Position numbers and translations under genes: made by a program. From an uncultured Acidobacteriota bacterium (GTDB lineage: Bacteria > Acidobacteriota > Polarisedimenticolia > Polarisedimenticolales > JAIQFR01): a DNA stretch of 64,000 bases. The DNA lies in NCBI GenBank assembly GCA_937864465.1, contig CALMJU010000045.1, forward strand, positions 1,702 to 65,701. The letters run 5' to 3'. Position 1 is the first letter of the stretch. Each line of letters starts with the position of its first letter. Below the pieces are notes generated by a model that worked only from the letters and a program-made list of their open reading frames with translations, had not been told where the DNA came from and did no database searches. Below, one piece after another: positions 36,468 through 45,768 of the stretch.

Positions 36468-37487
36468 TCAGCCCGCGTCCCGGGCCCCGCCCGGCCCCGA
36501 CACGAGTCCGACCGCCCGCGCGACGATCTCCTCGACGATCCCGCCGAGCCGGCCGGAGGTCACGATCCCCGAGGCGTTCCGGTGGCCGCCGCCGCCGTAC
36601 TCGGACGCCAGCCGGTACACGTCGAGCGTCCCCTTCGAGCGGAGGGAGACCTTGACCCGGCCGCCGTCGCCCTCTCGGAAGAGAAGGGCGATCCTCACGC
36701 CCTCGATCGCCAGGAGGAACGTCGTCATCTCGCTCGTGTCCACGCCGATCGCCCCGCACCTCTCGGTCATCTCGCGCGTGATCGTGACGGAAACGACGGC
36801 GCCCCCGGCGTCCAGGCGCAGCCGCGCGAGGGCCTCGCCGAGCAGCCTCGTCCAGGCCGGCGAGTTCCTCTCGTAGATCTCCCGGTAGCACCGCGCCGGC
36901 TCGACCCCGGCGGAGAGCAGCGCTCCCGCGATCTCGTGGGCGCGCGCCCGGGTCGAGTTGAACCGGAAAAACCCGGTGTCGGTGGCCAGGCCGGCGTAGA
37001 GGGCCTCGGCCATCGGCAGGTCCGGCTCCTGCCCGAGCGACCGCACGAGGTCGAAGATCATCGCCGCGGTGGCGCACTCGCGCTCGTCCAGGATGTTGTG
37101 CCGCCAAGGCGTCCCGGAAGCCGGGTGGTGGTCGATGCAGAGCACCTTCTCCGCGACGTCGAGGAGGATCGGCTCCATCCTCCCGAGGCGGTCCGGTGCC
37201 GAGTTGTCGAGCAGCACGACCAGAACCGGTCCCCGCAGGAGCGTCTCGTGGCGCCCTGGGTCGAAGACCTCGATCGCCGGCCCGCTCTCCTCGAGGTAGG
37301 CGAGATTCCTGGGCGTCGCCTCCTGGTTGACGACGCGGACGTCGGCGCCGCGGCGGAGGAGGAACCTGGCGAGGCCGATCTCGGAGCCGATCGCGTCGCC
37401 GTCGGGGTTCATGTGCGTCGTGACGACGAAGTGGTCGTGCGCCTCGACGAGCTCGCGGAACCGCGCGTGCTGCGAGGGGTCGAGCAT
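36468..37487 (-). CDS. nrnA: DHH/DHHA1-family oligoribonuclease / pAp phosphatase NrnA-like
   Basis: ATG at 37487 inside ORF 36468..38147. HMNPDGDAIGS, DHH (CIDHH), GLATDTGFF, GGGHRNASG. Confidence 0.85.
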   Translation of the reverse strand: MLDPSQHARFRELVEAHDHFVVTTHMNPDGDAIGSEIGLARFLLRRGADVRVVNQEATPRNLAYLEESGPAIEVFDPGRHETLLRGPVLVVLLDNSAPDRLGRMEPILLDVAEKVLCIDHHPASGTPWRHNILDERECATAAMIFDLVRSLGQEPDLPMAEALYAGLATDTGFFRFNSTRARAHEIAGALLSAGVEPARCYREIYERNSPAWTRLLGEALARLRLDAGGAVVSVTITREMTERCGAIGVDTSEMTTFLLAIEGVRIALLFREGDGGRVKVSLRSKGTLDVYRLASEYGGGGHRNASGIVTSGRLGGIVEEIVARAVGLVSGPGGARDAG

Positions 37488-38080
37488 CACGCCCCGTCCC
37501 CGGCCCCGCCGCCGTGGGGGCCGCCGCCCGCCCGGCCGCGGAGGTACGCATCCGCGCTCGCCTCGTAGACCCGGACGCCGAGAAGGATCCTCTCCCGGAG
37601 GCCCTCGTCCACCTCGCCCCGGATCTTCGCCGGCACCCCCGCCGCGACCGCGCCGGGCGGGACCTCGAACCCCTCCCGGACGACCGCACCCGCCGCCACG
37701 AGAGCCCCCTTCCCGATCCGGCAGCCGGACAGCAGGACGGCGCCCATCCCGACGAGGGCCTCGTCCTCGATCGTGCACCCGTGGATCACGCACCCGTGGC
37801 CGATCGTGACCCGGCTCCCGATGCGCACCGGGAGGTCCTCGTCGACGTGGATCACGGTGAGGTCCTGGACGTTCGTCCCCTCTCCGATCGCGATCGGCTC
37901 GAGGTCGGCCCGCAGGACGCACCCGTACCAGACCGACGACCGCGCGCCGAGGGTGACGTCCCCGACGACGACCGCGCCGGGCGCGATCCAGGCGCTCGGG
38001 TGCCGGACGAGGCGGCTCGGGAGGAGCCGGAACCGCGGCGGCAGCTCGCCTCCGCCGGGTGGCTGCGGGCTGGAGCTCAC
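37487..38080 (-). CDS. gamma-class carbonic anhydrase family protein (left-handed beta-helix, YrdA/PaaY-like)
   Basis: GTG at 38080 with GGAGG 7 nt upstream, inside ORF 37487..38314. Hexapeptide repeats, WYGCVLRAD, IGHGCVIHGC. Confidence 0.85.
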   Translation of the reverse strand: MSSSPQPPGGGELPPRFRLLPSRLVRHPSAWIAPGAVVVGDVTLGARSSVWYGCVLRADLEPIAIGEGTNVQDLTVIHVDEDLPVRIGSRVTIGHGCVIHGCTIEDEALVGMGAVLLSGCRIGKGALVAAGAVVREGFEVPPGAVAAGVPAKIRGEVDEGLRERILLGVRVYEASADAYLRGRAGGGPHGGGAGDGA

Positions 38081-38154
38081 GGCGAATCCTCCGGATCCCG
38101 TGGAAGGGGCGCCCTCGAAAAAGCCGGGAAGCGTAGCCCCCCGGCACGGAGGTG

Positions 38155-38739
38155 TCAAGCGCGAGGGACCTTCGGGGGCTCGGGGAGATCGAGCAGGGCC
38201 TTCAGGATCCGCGCCTGGTAGTGGGCGTCGTAGTCGGCGCGGTGCACCTGGGCGGGATCTTGCGGCGGGAGCGCGAGGAGCCGCTCCAGGCTCTCCTTCG
38301 ACGTTTCGTTCCACGCTACGCGGAGCCGGCCCATGGCGAGGCTCTTCGTGTCGATTCCCTTGTAGCCGAACGGGTTCTCGATCCCGTGGTGCGCGAAGTA
38401 ATACGCGACGTACGACCAGTCGAACACGGCGTTGTGCCCCACGAACACCGGCCGCTCGCGCGAAGGGCGGTTCTTCTCAAGCACCCACTCCCGGAGCCGC
38501 GCCAGGCCCTCTCGGGGATCGAGCCCCTCCCGCAGCAGTCTCTCGGGGTCGAGACCGCACACCGCCATCGCCTCCGGGTCGAACCCGGGGAACACCGGCC
38601 GGAACTCGAGGTACAGCGATTCCCCGATCTCGTGGGCCCCGACCGTCTCGCGCACCGTCGTCACGCCGAGGGAGAGAAGGTTGTAGAGGGGCGGCACCGG
38701 CCCCGATGCCTCGCAGTCCACGCAGAAGTACACGAGCAT
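38155..38739 (-). CDS. DEDD-type 3'-5' exonuclease domain protein
   Basis: ORF 38155..38739. FCVDCEASGP (ExoI), GHNAVFDWSY (ExoII), HRADYDA (ExoIII, DEDDh). Confidence 0.7.
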   Translation of the reverse strand: MLVYFCVDCEASGPVPPLYNLLSLGVTTVRETVGAHEIGESLYLEFRPVFPGFDPEAMAVCGLDPERLLREGLDPREGLARLREWVLEKNRPSRERPVFVGHNAVFDWSYVAYYFAHHGIENPFGYKGIDTKSLAMGRLRVAWNETSKESLERLLALPPQDPAQVHRADYDAHYQARILKALLDLPEPPKVPRA

Positions 38740-38749
38740 GCCGGGCTCC

Positions 38750-40411
38750 TCAGAACATCTCCGCCGTCGTCAGGGAGACCTGGATCTTCCGGACGTCCGC
38801 CTCCCCGTCGAGAGGATACGCGAAGTCGAGGTGGAGCATGGAAGCGTGGGCCGACCGGCTCGACTGCACCCTCAGGCCGATCCCGGCGTCGCGCAGCCAC
38901 CCGAGATCGGTCGTGCCGCCTCCCCCCTCGTACCAGGCCCGCCCCACGTCCACGAACGCCGCGGCACCGACGTAGAACAGCCGGAAGAAGTGCCGGTCGA
39001 AGTAGAACCGCTGCTCCGCGCTCAGCAGGACGCGCCGGTCCCCGCTCTGGTAGCGCAGGGGGTAGCCCCGGAGCCCGCTGTCCCCCCCGATCAGGAGCTG
39101 GCGCTCCGGATCCAGCCGGTGGGCGGCCTGCGCCTCGAGCGACGCCTGGAAGAGGTGCGGTCCGAAGTTCCTCTCGAGCCAGCGGACCGATCCGCCGGCG
39201 AGCACGTTCGCGAAGCCGCCCCCCTCGTGCCGCGCCGACAGCCACGCCGACGCGAGCAGCGTCTCGCGCGGCCCGAGAGAGGCTCCGAGCCGCCAGGAGC
39301 CCTCGAACAGCGTGGCGGGGCGGTCCGCGCCGAAGGCCGGGACGGCCCGGCCGATCCGGAGCCGAGCCTCCTGCGCGAGGTTGAGGTCCTCCGTCCGCTC
39401 GATCTTGTCCACGTCGCGGACCGTCACGAAGCCGTCCTCGACCGACGCGAGACCGACCCACGGATAGGAGAGCGTGCGTCCCGGAATCGGGAAGGGAACC
39501 ACCTCGCCGTCCTCGGCGTCCGCGAAGCTCTCCCGGTGCCACGTCCAGCCGGTCTCCAGCCGGAGAGCCCTTCCCGCCCGAAGGCCCCGGGAGAGCCCGA
39601 CCCAGGCGGACGCCCTCTCCGTGCGCTGCCGGAATCCGTAGATCGCGTCCCCGAGGTCGTAGTGGGACTCGATCCGGTCGTCGTCCTCGAAGGAAATCCC
39701 CGCGCTCCACCGCGCGTCGAGCGAGAAGAACGGCCGCTCGCAGGACAGCCGCGCCGCCCGGCCGTCGCTGTTGTCGGAGTACGCCAGGATCATTCGGACG
39801 CGCGAGGACAGGACTCCCGGGTCCATGTAACGGTACAGCTGCTCGGTGCGGTCGACGTCCTTCGTCCTCTGGATGGTCAGGTCCTTCCCGAAGCCTGCGA
39901 AGTTCGCGTCCTGGAGCCCGACCCTCAGCGTGTTCTCGCCGCCCGCGCGCCCGAACCCGAGCCCGGCCCGGAGCGTCCACACGTCGCGCGTCGCGACCTC
40001 GACATCGACCCTCGGCCCGTCCCGGGCCACGGGGCGGATCTTCGCGTCGTAGAGGAACTTCAGGCCCCGCAGGATCCTCTCCGACTCCTCCATCCGGCGG
40101 CGGGAGTACGGCTCCCCCTCTCGGAAGAGGAGCCGGCTCCGGATCACGGCCTCGCGCGTGCGGACGTGGAGGCGGTTCGCCGTCCGGAAGAGCAGGTTGT
40201 CCTCTTCCGGCAGCGACGTGTCGAAGACGTCCCCCGCCCGGATCAGGATCCTGCCGAAGACGGCCCCCTCCGCCTCCAGCGCGCGGTCGTCCGGCAGGCC
40301 CTCCCCCTCGACGGCGCCGGTCGCCGCGGGAGCCGAGGGCCGCGGCGCGGCCTCCGCCGGCACGCCGGATCCCGCCGCGAGGACGGCTGCGAGGAGCGCC
40401 GCGACCACCAC
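38750..40411 (-). CDS. BamA/TamA-family outer-membrane protein (POTRA + surface-antigen beta-barrel)
   Basis: C-terminal about 553 codons of ORF 38750..42589. Signal-like VVVAALLAAVLAAGSGVPAEA. POTRA-like GRILIRAGDVFD..YSRRRMEESERIL. Barrel ends in a terminal Phe (TTAEMF). Start is uncertain (GTG 40411 or ATT 40420). The rest of the ORF is antisense to sdhA and rejected. Confidence 0.75.
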   Translation of the reverse strand: MVVAALLAAVLAAGSGVPAEAAPRPSAPAATGAVEGEGLPDDRALEAEGAVFGRILIRAGDVFDTSLPEEDNLLFRTANRLHVRTREAVIRSRLLFREGEPYSRRRMEESERILRGLKFLYDAKIRPVARDGPRVDVEVATRDVWTLRAGLGFGRAGGENTLRVGLQDANFAGFGKDLTIQRTKDVDRTEQLYRYMDPGVLSSRVRMILAYSDNSDGRAARLSCERPFFSLDARWSAGISFEDDDRIESHYDLGDAIYGFRQRTERASAWVGLSRGLRAGRALRLETGWTWHRESFADAEDGEVVPFPIPGRTLSYPWVGLASVEDGFVTVRDVDKIERTEDLNLAQEARLRIGRAVPAFGADRPATLFEGSWRLGASLGPRETLLASAWLSARHEGGGFANVLAGGSVRWLERNFGPHLFQASLEAQAAHRLDPERQLLIGGDSGLRGYPLRYQSGDRRVLLSAEQRFYFDRHFFRLFYVGAAAFVDVGRAWYEGGGGTTDLGWLRDAGIGLRVQSSRSAHASMLHLDFAYPLDGEADVRKIQVSLTTAEMF

Positions 40412-40555
40412 CCCTCGAATATATAGGGAAAGAAGGGCGGGCCGGTCGAGAGCGCCGTCCGCGTCGATTCGAGGCGTTGATTCCCGCGCCGGACGGTGCA
40501 AGAATGGCGAACCATTGCGCCCGCCCGGCGCTCCAGTCTTCGAAGGAGGTTCGGC

Positions 40556-42274
40556 ATGCCGGAACGCGTGACCCACGATGTCCTCATCCTGGGAGCGGGA
40601 TTGGCCGGGCTCCGCGCCGCCGTGGAGATCTCCCGAAGGCTCGACGGCAAGGTCGACATCGGCATCGTGTCCAAGGTGCAGCTCATGCGGGCCCACTCGG
40701 TCTGCGCCGAGGGGGGCACGGCGGCGGTGCTGCGCCCCGACGAGGGGGACTCCCTCGAGCTCCACGCGTGGGACACCGTGAAGGGCTCGGACTTCCTGGC
40801 CGACCAGGACGTCGTGCGCCGCTTCGTGGAGACGATCCCGAGCGAGATCCTCCTGCTCGACCACTGGGGGATCCCCTGGACCCGCGACGAGCGGGGCCGG
40901 ATCGCCCAGCGCCCCTTCGGAGGTCACTCGTACCCGAGGGCGACGCTGGCGGCGGACAAGACCGGCTTCTTCGAGATGCAGACTCTGTACGACACCCTGC
41001 TCCGGTACCGCTGCTTCACCCGGTACGACGAGCTCTTCATCACCGACATCCTGGCCGAGGACGGCCGGTTCTCGGCGCTGCTCGGGATCCACGCGCCGAG
41101 CGGCGAGACGGTGATCCTCCAGGCGAAGGCCCTGCTGATCGCCTCCGGCGGCGGCGGGACGCTCTACGGCTTCACGACGTACTCGCAGACCGTCACCGGC
41201 GACGGCATGGCGATGGCGTACCGGACCGGCCTCCCGCTCGAGGACATGGAGTTCCTCCAGTTCCACCCGACGGGGCTCGTCCCCTCGGGGATCCTCATGA
41301 CCGAGGCCTGCCGCGGCGAGGGCGGCTACCTGACGAACTCCAAGGGCGAGCGCTTCATGGAGCGCTACGCGAAGTCGAAGATGGAGCTGGCGCCGCGCGA
41401 CATGGTGTCGCGCGCCGAGACGACCGAGATCCTGGAAGGCCGGGGGATCGAGGGATCCGACGGCCTCGGCTGCCTGAACCTCGACCTGACCCACCTGGGA
41501 GCCGACCGGATCAACACGCGCCTGCCGCTCATCCGCGAGGTCTGCATCAAGTTCCTCGACCTCGATCCGATCCTCCGGCCGATCCCGATCCGGCCCGTCG
41601 CCCACTACTCCATGGGGGGCATCGAGACGGACATCGAGGGGGCCACGCGGATCCCGGGGATCTGGGCGGCGGGAGAAGCCGCCTGCGTCTCGCTGCACGG
41701 CGCGAACCGGCTGGGCTCGAACTCCACGGCCGAGTGCCTGGTCTGGGGCGGCATCGCGGGAGAGCGGATCGCCCGCGGGCTCGCCGGGGCGCTGCGCGCC
41801 CCCGCTCCGCCCTCGGCGGCGGCGCTCCGCGATGCGGAGGGGAGAAACGAGGCGATCCTCCGGCGCGAGGGGGACGAGAACCTGTACGACCTGCGGAGGG
41901 ATCTGCGCGCCGCCATGGACCGGAACGTCGGCGTGTTCCGCACCGGCGAGGGGCTCTCCGAGGCGCTCGCGACGATCCGGGACATCCGGGCGCGGAGCGC
42001 AAGAGCGCCCGTCCGGGACAAGGGGAAGCTCTACAACTCGAACCTCTTCCACGCCCTCGAGCTCGAGAACCTCGTCGACCTCGCCGAGATCACCGTCCTG
42101 GGGGCCCTCGCGAGGCAGGAGTCCCGTGGCGCCCACGCCCGCCGCGACTTCCCGAACCGGGACGACGAGCGATGGCTCAAGCACACGCTCGCCTGGAAGA
42201 CCGACTCCGGGCCGCGACTCGACTACAAGCCGGTGACCATCGACATGTGGAAGCCGGTGGAGCGGAAGTACTGA
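40556..42274 (+). CDS. sdhA: succinate dehydrogenase / fumarate reductase flavoprotein subunit
   Basis: ATG at 40556 with AAGGAGG upstream, inside ORF 40496..42274. DVLILGAGLAGLRAA, RAHSVCAEGG (FAD His), FHPTG, EACRGEGG, SRGAHAR. Confidence 0.95.
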   Translation: MPERVTHDVLILGAGLAGLRAAVEISRRLDGKVDIGIVSKVQLMRAHSVCAEGGTAAVLRPDEGDSLELHAWDTVKGSDFLADQDVVRRFVETIPSEILLLDHWGIPWTRDERGRIAQRPFGGHSYPRATLAADKTGFFEMQTLYDTLLRYRCFTRYDELFITDILAEDGRFSALLGIHAPSGETVILQAKALLIASGGGGTLYGFTTYSQTVTGDGMAMAYRTGLPLEDMEFLQFHPTGLVPSGILMTEACRGEGGYLTNSKGERFMERYAKSKMELAPRDMVSRAETTEILEGRGIEGSDGLGCLNLDLTHLGADRINTRLPLIREVCIKFLDLDPILRPIPIRPVAHYSMGGIETDIEGATRIPGIWAAGEAACVSLHGANRLGSNSTAECLVWGGIAGERIARGLAGALRAPAPPSAAALRDAEGRNEAILRREGDENLYDLRRDLRAAMDRNVGVFRTGEGLSEALATIRDIRARSARAPVRDKGKLYNSNLFHALELENLVDLAEITVLGALARQESRGAHARRDFPNRDDERWLKHTLAWKTDSGPRLDYKPVTIDMWKPVERKY

Positions 42275-42331
42275 CGGACGGGGCCGGGGGGCGCGAGCGC
42301 CCCTCCCGGCCGCGCTCGGGGAGGACGCGCA

Positions 42332-42769
42332 ATGCTGAAGGTCCAGGGACATCCCAACCGACTGGGGGTCCGCGGGTGGGCCGTCGGGGGCCGCTGGGGC
42401 CTCGAGCGGTATCTCTACACCCTGCACCGGCTCACGGGGGTGGGGCTGATCCTCTACCTCCTCCTGCACATCCTGGTGACGTCGTCCCGCGCGTTCGGCC
42501 AGGCCGCCTGGGAGGCAGCGATGGGGCGGGTCTCGGGGCCGGTGTTCCACGCCGGCGAGTACCTGGTGTTCGCCGCCTTCGCGTTCCACGCGATGAACGG
42601 GATCCGGCTTGTCCTCGTGGAGCTGGGATTCGGCGTCGGAAAACCGATCGAGCCCGTGTACCCGTACAAGACGTCGGTCGACTTCCAGAGGTCGCTCGCC
42701 GTCGGGTCGCTCGTGCTCGCGGGGGTCCTCCTCGTGCTCGGGACCCTCGACTTCTTCGTTCTGGACTAG
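42332..42769 (+). CDS. sdhC: succinate dehydrogenase / fumarate reductase membrane anchor subunit (cytochrome b-type)
   Basis: ORF 42332..42769. Three hydrophobic helices with conserved-looking His residues (LHRLTG, LLHILV, FHAMNG). Positioned within the sdh operon. Confidence 0.7.
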   Translation: MLKVQGHPNRLGVRGWAVGGRWGLERYLYTLHRLTGVGLILYLLLHILVTSSRAFGQAAWEAAMGRVSGPVFHAGEYLVFAAFAFHAMNGIRLVLVELGFGVGKPIEPVYPYKTSVDFQRSLAVGSLVLAGVLLVLGTLDFFVLD

Positions 42770-42782
42770 GAGGCGGGCCGTG

Positions 42783-43163
42783 ATGCGCGATCAGAAGCTC
42801 TGGACCTGGCACGTTCTGGCCGGCCTCGTGATCCTCGTCTTCCTCGGCCTCCACATGACCGTCATGCATCTCGACAAGATCTTCGAGGCGGAGACCCTGA
42901 ACCCGTCCGACGGCAAGCCGATCGACTGGGCGAACGTCGTAGCGCGGGGCAAGACCCTCTTCTTCCCCGCCACGTACGTCGTCCTGCTCGCGGCGGCGCT
43001 TTTCCACGGGCTGTACGGGCTGAGGGGCATTCTGCTCGAACTCGGGCCCGCGGCCGGGATCCAGAGGGCGATCTCCGTGCTGTTCGTCCTGGTCGGCGCG
43101 GGGCTCTTCGTGTTCGGAACCTGGGCGGCCATCATGAGCCACGGCCTGGCGAAGGCGCTTTGA
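42783..43163 (+). CDS. sdhD: succinate dehydrogenase / fumarate reductase second membrane anchor subunit
   Basis: ATG at 42783 (or GTG 42780) after AGGAGG, inside ORF 42609..43163. Three hydrophobic helices, His residues in HVLAG/GLHMTVMH/LFHGLYG. Confidence 0.65.
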   Translation: MRDQKLWTWHVLAGLVILVFLGLHMTVMHLDKIFEAETLNPSDGKPIDWANVVARGKTLFFPATYVVLLAAALFHGLYGLRGILLELGPAAGIQRAISVLFVLVGAGLFVFGTWAAIMSHGLAKAL

Positions 43164-43173
43164 GGGCGAGACG

Positions 43174-43995
43174 ATGAGCGACGCGAAGCAGATCCTCTAC
43201 CGGGTCCGGCGCTACGACCCCGCGCGGGACGGGGCGCCGCGCTGGCAGGATTTCACGATCCCGCGGACGCCGGGCATGACGGTGCTCGACGGCCTCTGGA
43301 CGATCAAGCAGACGCTCGACGCCACCCTGGCCTGGCGCGCGTCGTGCCGGATGGGCGTCTGCGGCTCCTGCGGCATGCTGGTCAACGGGCGGCCGCGCCT
43401 CGCGTGCAACACGCAGGTGTCGGAGCTCGGCGCCGACGTCGTGGCCCTGGCCCCGCTGCCCAACTTCGACATCATCCGCGATCTCGTCCCGGACCTGGCG
43501 CCCGCGTTCGACGCGCACCAGGCACTGATGCCCTTCATCGTCCGCGAGGACGTCCAGGAGAGGGAGAACCCGACCGGGGAGTTCGGCCAATCCGCGGAGG
43601 AGCTCGAGCACTATCTGCAGTTCTCGTACTGCATCAAGTGCGGCTGCTGCATGGCGGCGTGCCCGACCTACGCGACCGACCCCTCGTACTCCGGTCCGAT
43701 GCCGCTCGCCCAGGCGCACCGCTACAACGCCGACACCCGCGACGAGGGGTTCCGGAACCGCAAGGAGACCCTCGCGGGCGAGCGCGGTCCGTGGCGGTGC
43801 CACTTCGCGGGCGAGTGCTCGCGGGTCTGCCCGAAGGGGGTGGACCCTGCGAAGGCGATCCAGCTCATGAAGCGGGAGCTGGTGCTCGACTACCTCCGGC
43901 TGCGGCGGGCTCACGCGTCGGCGCCGGTCGCGCCGAAGCCGAAAGACGGCAAGCGCCGCCCCGACGTCCCCGACGCCCCGGCACGCACCGTGTGA
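43174..43995 (+). CDS. sdhB: succinate dehydrogenase / fumarate reductase iron-sulfur subunit
   Basis: ORF 43174..43995. 2Fe-2S SCRMGVCGSCGM..LAC. 4Fe-4S and 3Fe-4S clusters CIKCGCCMAACP and CHFAGECSRVCP. Confidence 0.9.
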   Translation: MSDAKQILYRVRRYDPARDGAPRWQDFTIPRTPGMTVLDGLWTIKQTLDATLAWRASCRMGVCGSCGMLVNGRPRLACNTQVSELGADVVALAPLPNFDIIRDLVPDLAPAFDAHQALMPFIVREDVQERENPTGEFGQSAEELEHYLQFSYCIKCGCCMAACPTYATDPSYSGPMPLAQAHRYNADTRDEGFRNRKETLAGERGPWRCHFAGECSRVCPKGVDPAKAIQLMKRELVLDYLRLRRAHASAPVAPKPKDGKRRPDVPDAPARTV

Positions 43996-45278
43996 GCGCG
44001 CGCCCCGCCCGCCGTCTTCCGCTGCCTTCGCGCGAGGCGGCGCGGCGCGCCGCACGGCCTCGAGCGCGGCGCGGCCCGCGGGCGCCGCGCTCGGTCGCGA
44101 CCGGCCTCGACGAGCTCCTCGCGGCGGGCCCCCGGGCCGCGGGCCTCCGAGAAGGGGCCCGCCTCGGGCTGGTCGTCCACGCGGCGTCCGTCGACCGCCT
44201 CGCGAGACACGCCGTCGACGTCCTTGCGGCGACCGCCCGCTTCGTTCCGGTCCGTCTCTTCGCCCCCGAGCACGGCCATCGAGGAGAAGCCCAGGACATG
44301 GAGGCGGTCCCGGAGACGAGCGATCCGGGCAGCGGCCTTCCGGTCGTCAGCCTGTACGGGCGCACCGCCTCGAGTCTCAGGCCGCGCCCCGAGCACCTCG
44401 ACGGCCTGGACGCGATCGTCTGGGATCTCCAGGACGTCGGGAGCCGCTACTACACGTTCGTCTACACGCTCTCGCACGTCATGGAGGCGGCCGCGGCCGT
44501 CCGAATCCCGGTGGTCGTCCTCGACCGGCCGAACCCGATCGGCGGGACGGGGATCGAGGGGCCGGTCCTGGATCCTTCCCTCGCCTCCTTCGTGGGGCGG
44601 TATCCGGTCCCGGTCCGGCACGGCATGACCGCCGGGGAGCTGGCGGGGCTGTTCCACGGCGCCTTCGGGATCGACTGCGACCTGCGGGTCGTCCCGATGC
44701 ACGGCTACCGCAGGTGGATGCACTTCGAGGACACGGGGCTCCCGTGGGTCGCGCCGTCGCCGAACATGCCCGCGGTCGCGACCGCGAGGGTGTACCCCGG
44801 CGGCTGCCTGATCGAGGGGACGAACCTCTCGGAAGGCCGGGGAACGACCCGTCCCTTCGAGCTCGTCGGCGCCCCGTGGCTCGACGGCCGCCGTCTTGCG
44901 GCGACGCTCGCGGCGGAGAGCCTGCCGGGGGCGCTCTTCCGGGGCGCCTCCTTCCGGCCGATGTTCCACAAGCATGCGGGGAAGGTCTGCGACGGGGTCC
45001 AGGTCCACGTCTCGGACCGCGAGACCTTCCGGCCGTTCGCCACCTACCTCGCCCTCTTGCGGGAGGCGCGGCTCCTCTCGCCGGACTCGTTCGACTGGCG
45101 TCGCGAGCCCTACGAGTTCGAATCGTCGCGGCTGGCGATCGACCTGCTGCTCGGCGTGCCCGGGCTTCGCGAGGCCCTGGAGCGAGGAGAGGAGCTGCGT
45201 GCGATGGAAGCTTCCTGGCTTCCCGCGCTCCGCGAGTTCGAGAGACTGAGGCGCCGCTTCCTGCTCTATCCGGCCTGA
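43992..45278 (+). CDS. DUF1343 family protein (NamZ-like exo-beta-N-acetylmuramidase family)
   Basis: GTG at 43992 (GTGA overlap with sdhB stop) inside ORF 43344..45278. [53 protein letters not shown]. Start is uncertain. Confidence 0.8.
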   Translation: MSARPARRLPLPSREAARRAARPRARRGPRAPRSVATGLDELLAAGPRAAGLREGARLGLVVHAASVDRLARHAVDVLAATARFVPVRLFAPEHGHRGEAQDMEAVPETSDPGSGLPVVSLYGRTASSLRPRPEHLDGLDAIVWDLQDVGSRYYTFVYTLSHVMEAAAAVRIPVVVLDRPNPIGGTGIEGPVLDPSLASFVGRYPVPVRHGMTAGELAGLFHGAFGIDCDLRVVPMHGYRRWMHFEDTGLPWVAPSPNMPAVATARVYPGGCLIEGTNLSEGRGTTRPFELVGAPWLDGRRLAATLAAESLPGALFRGASFRPMFHKHAGKVCDGVQVHVSDRETFRPFATYLALLREARLLSPDSFDWRREPYEFESSRLAIDLLLGVPGLREALERGEELRAMEASWLPALREFERLRRRFLLYPA

Positions 45279-45316
45279 GGAGATTCCCGCGGCGCGCGCC
45301 GCTTCGAACATCGGCG

Positions 45317-45351
45317 GGGCCGAGTGTCCAGGACACTCGGCCCGCCTTTTC
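45317..45351 (+). terminator. rho-independent terminator downstream of the DUF1343 gene
   Basis: Perfect 12-bp stem GGGCCGAGTGTC / GACACTCGGCCC (45317..45328 / 45332..45343) with a 3-nt loop, then GCCTTTTCC. Confidence 0.6.
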
Positions 45352-45768
45352 CCGGGCCCGATTTGCGCGGAAGGGAGGGGGGACTCCTCCACGCTCGAAC
45401 CCGGCTCATCGTGCCGGCGCGGCGGCCTTGGGGGAACCGCCGTCCGATCAGCACCCTTACTGTACGACCTTCCGCGCGTTTCGCCGCGGCATGCGGGCGT
45501 TTTCAGCGGACGCCGCGACCGCAGCCCGATACCGCCCGGGAGCCGGCGGGAAATGGGCGGTGTCGCGGCGACCGCGAGCGGACGCGTCCCGCGTCGGAGA
45601 AACGCGGGGGATGTTGTATCCTCATCCTCGCGACGATCCTGTCTCGGGAAAGGAGGCGCGATGGCGGATCAACCGCAGGGCTGCGCGCGCGTGACCGGGA
45701 CCGTCGCCGGCGAGAAGCCGGCCGGCGGCCCGCCTCCGGATCGACCGCTGGAGACGAGGGGGACGACC

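Noticed and set aside
40412-42589. N-terminal ~725 aa of the 1279-aa minus ORF 38750..42589
   Set aside because: This part is antisense to sdhA/sdhC and has low complexity. Only the C-terminal ~553 aa (signal peptide, POTRA, beta-barrel) looks like a real protein.
45365-45477. tRNA-Sec (selC) next to the selenoprotein gene
   Set aside because: The element has a cloverleaf-like shape, but it lacks a T-loop (GGUUCGA-type), has no UCA anticodon in a proper 7-nt loop (the loop reads UCAUCGU) and has no CCA-compatible acceptor end.
45661-45768. 36-aa N-terminal extension of the peroxiredoxin from ATG 45661 (strong AGGAGG 4 nt upstream)
   Set aside because: Peroxiredoxins normally begin right at the ..VGQKAPDF.. 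strand, and the extension is P/G-rich. I kept it only as an alternative start. Ortholog alignment would settle it.
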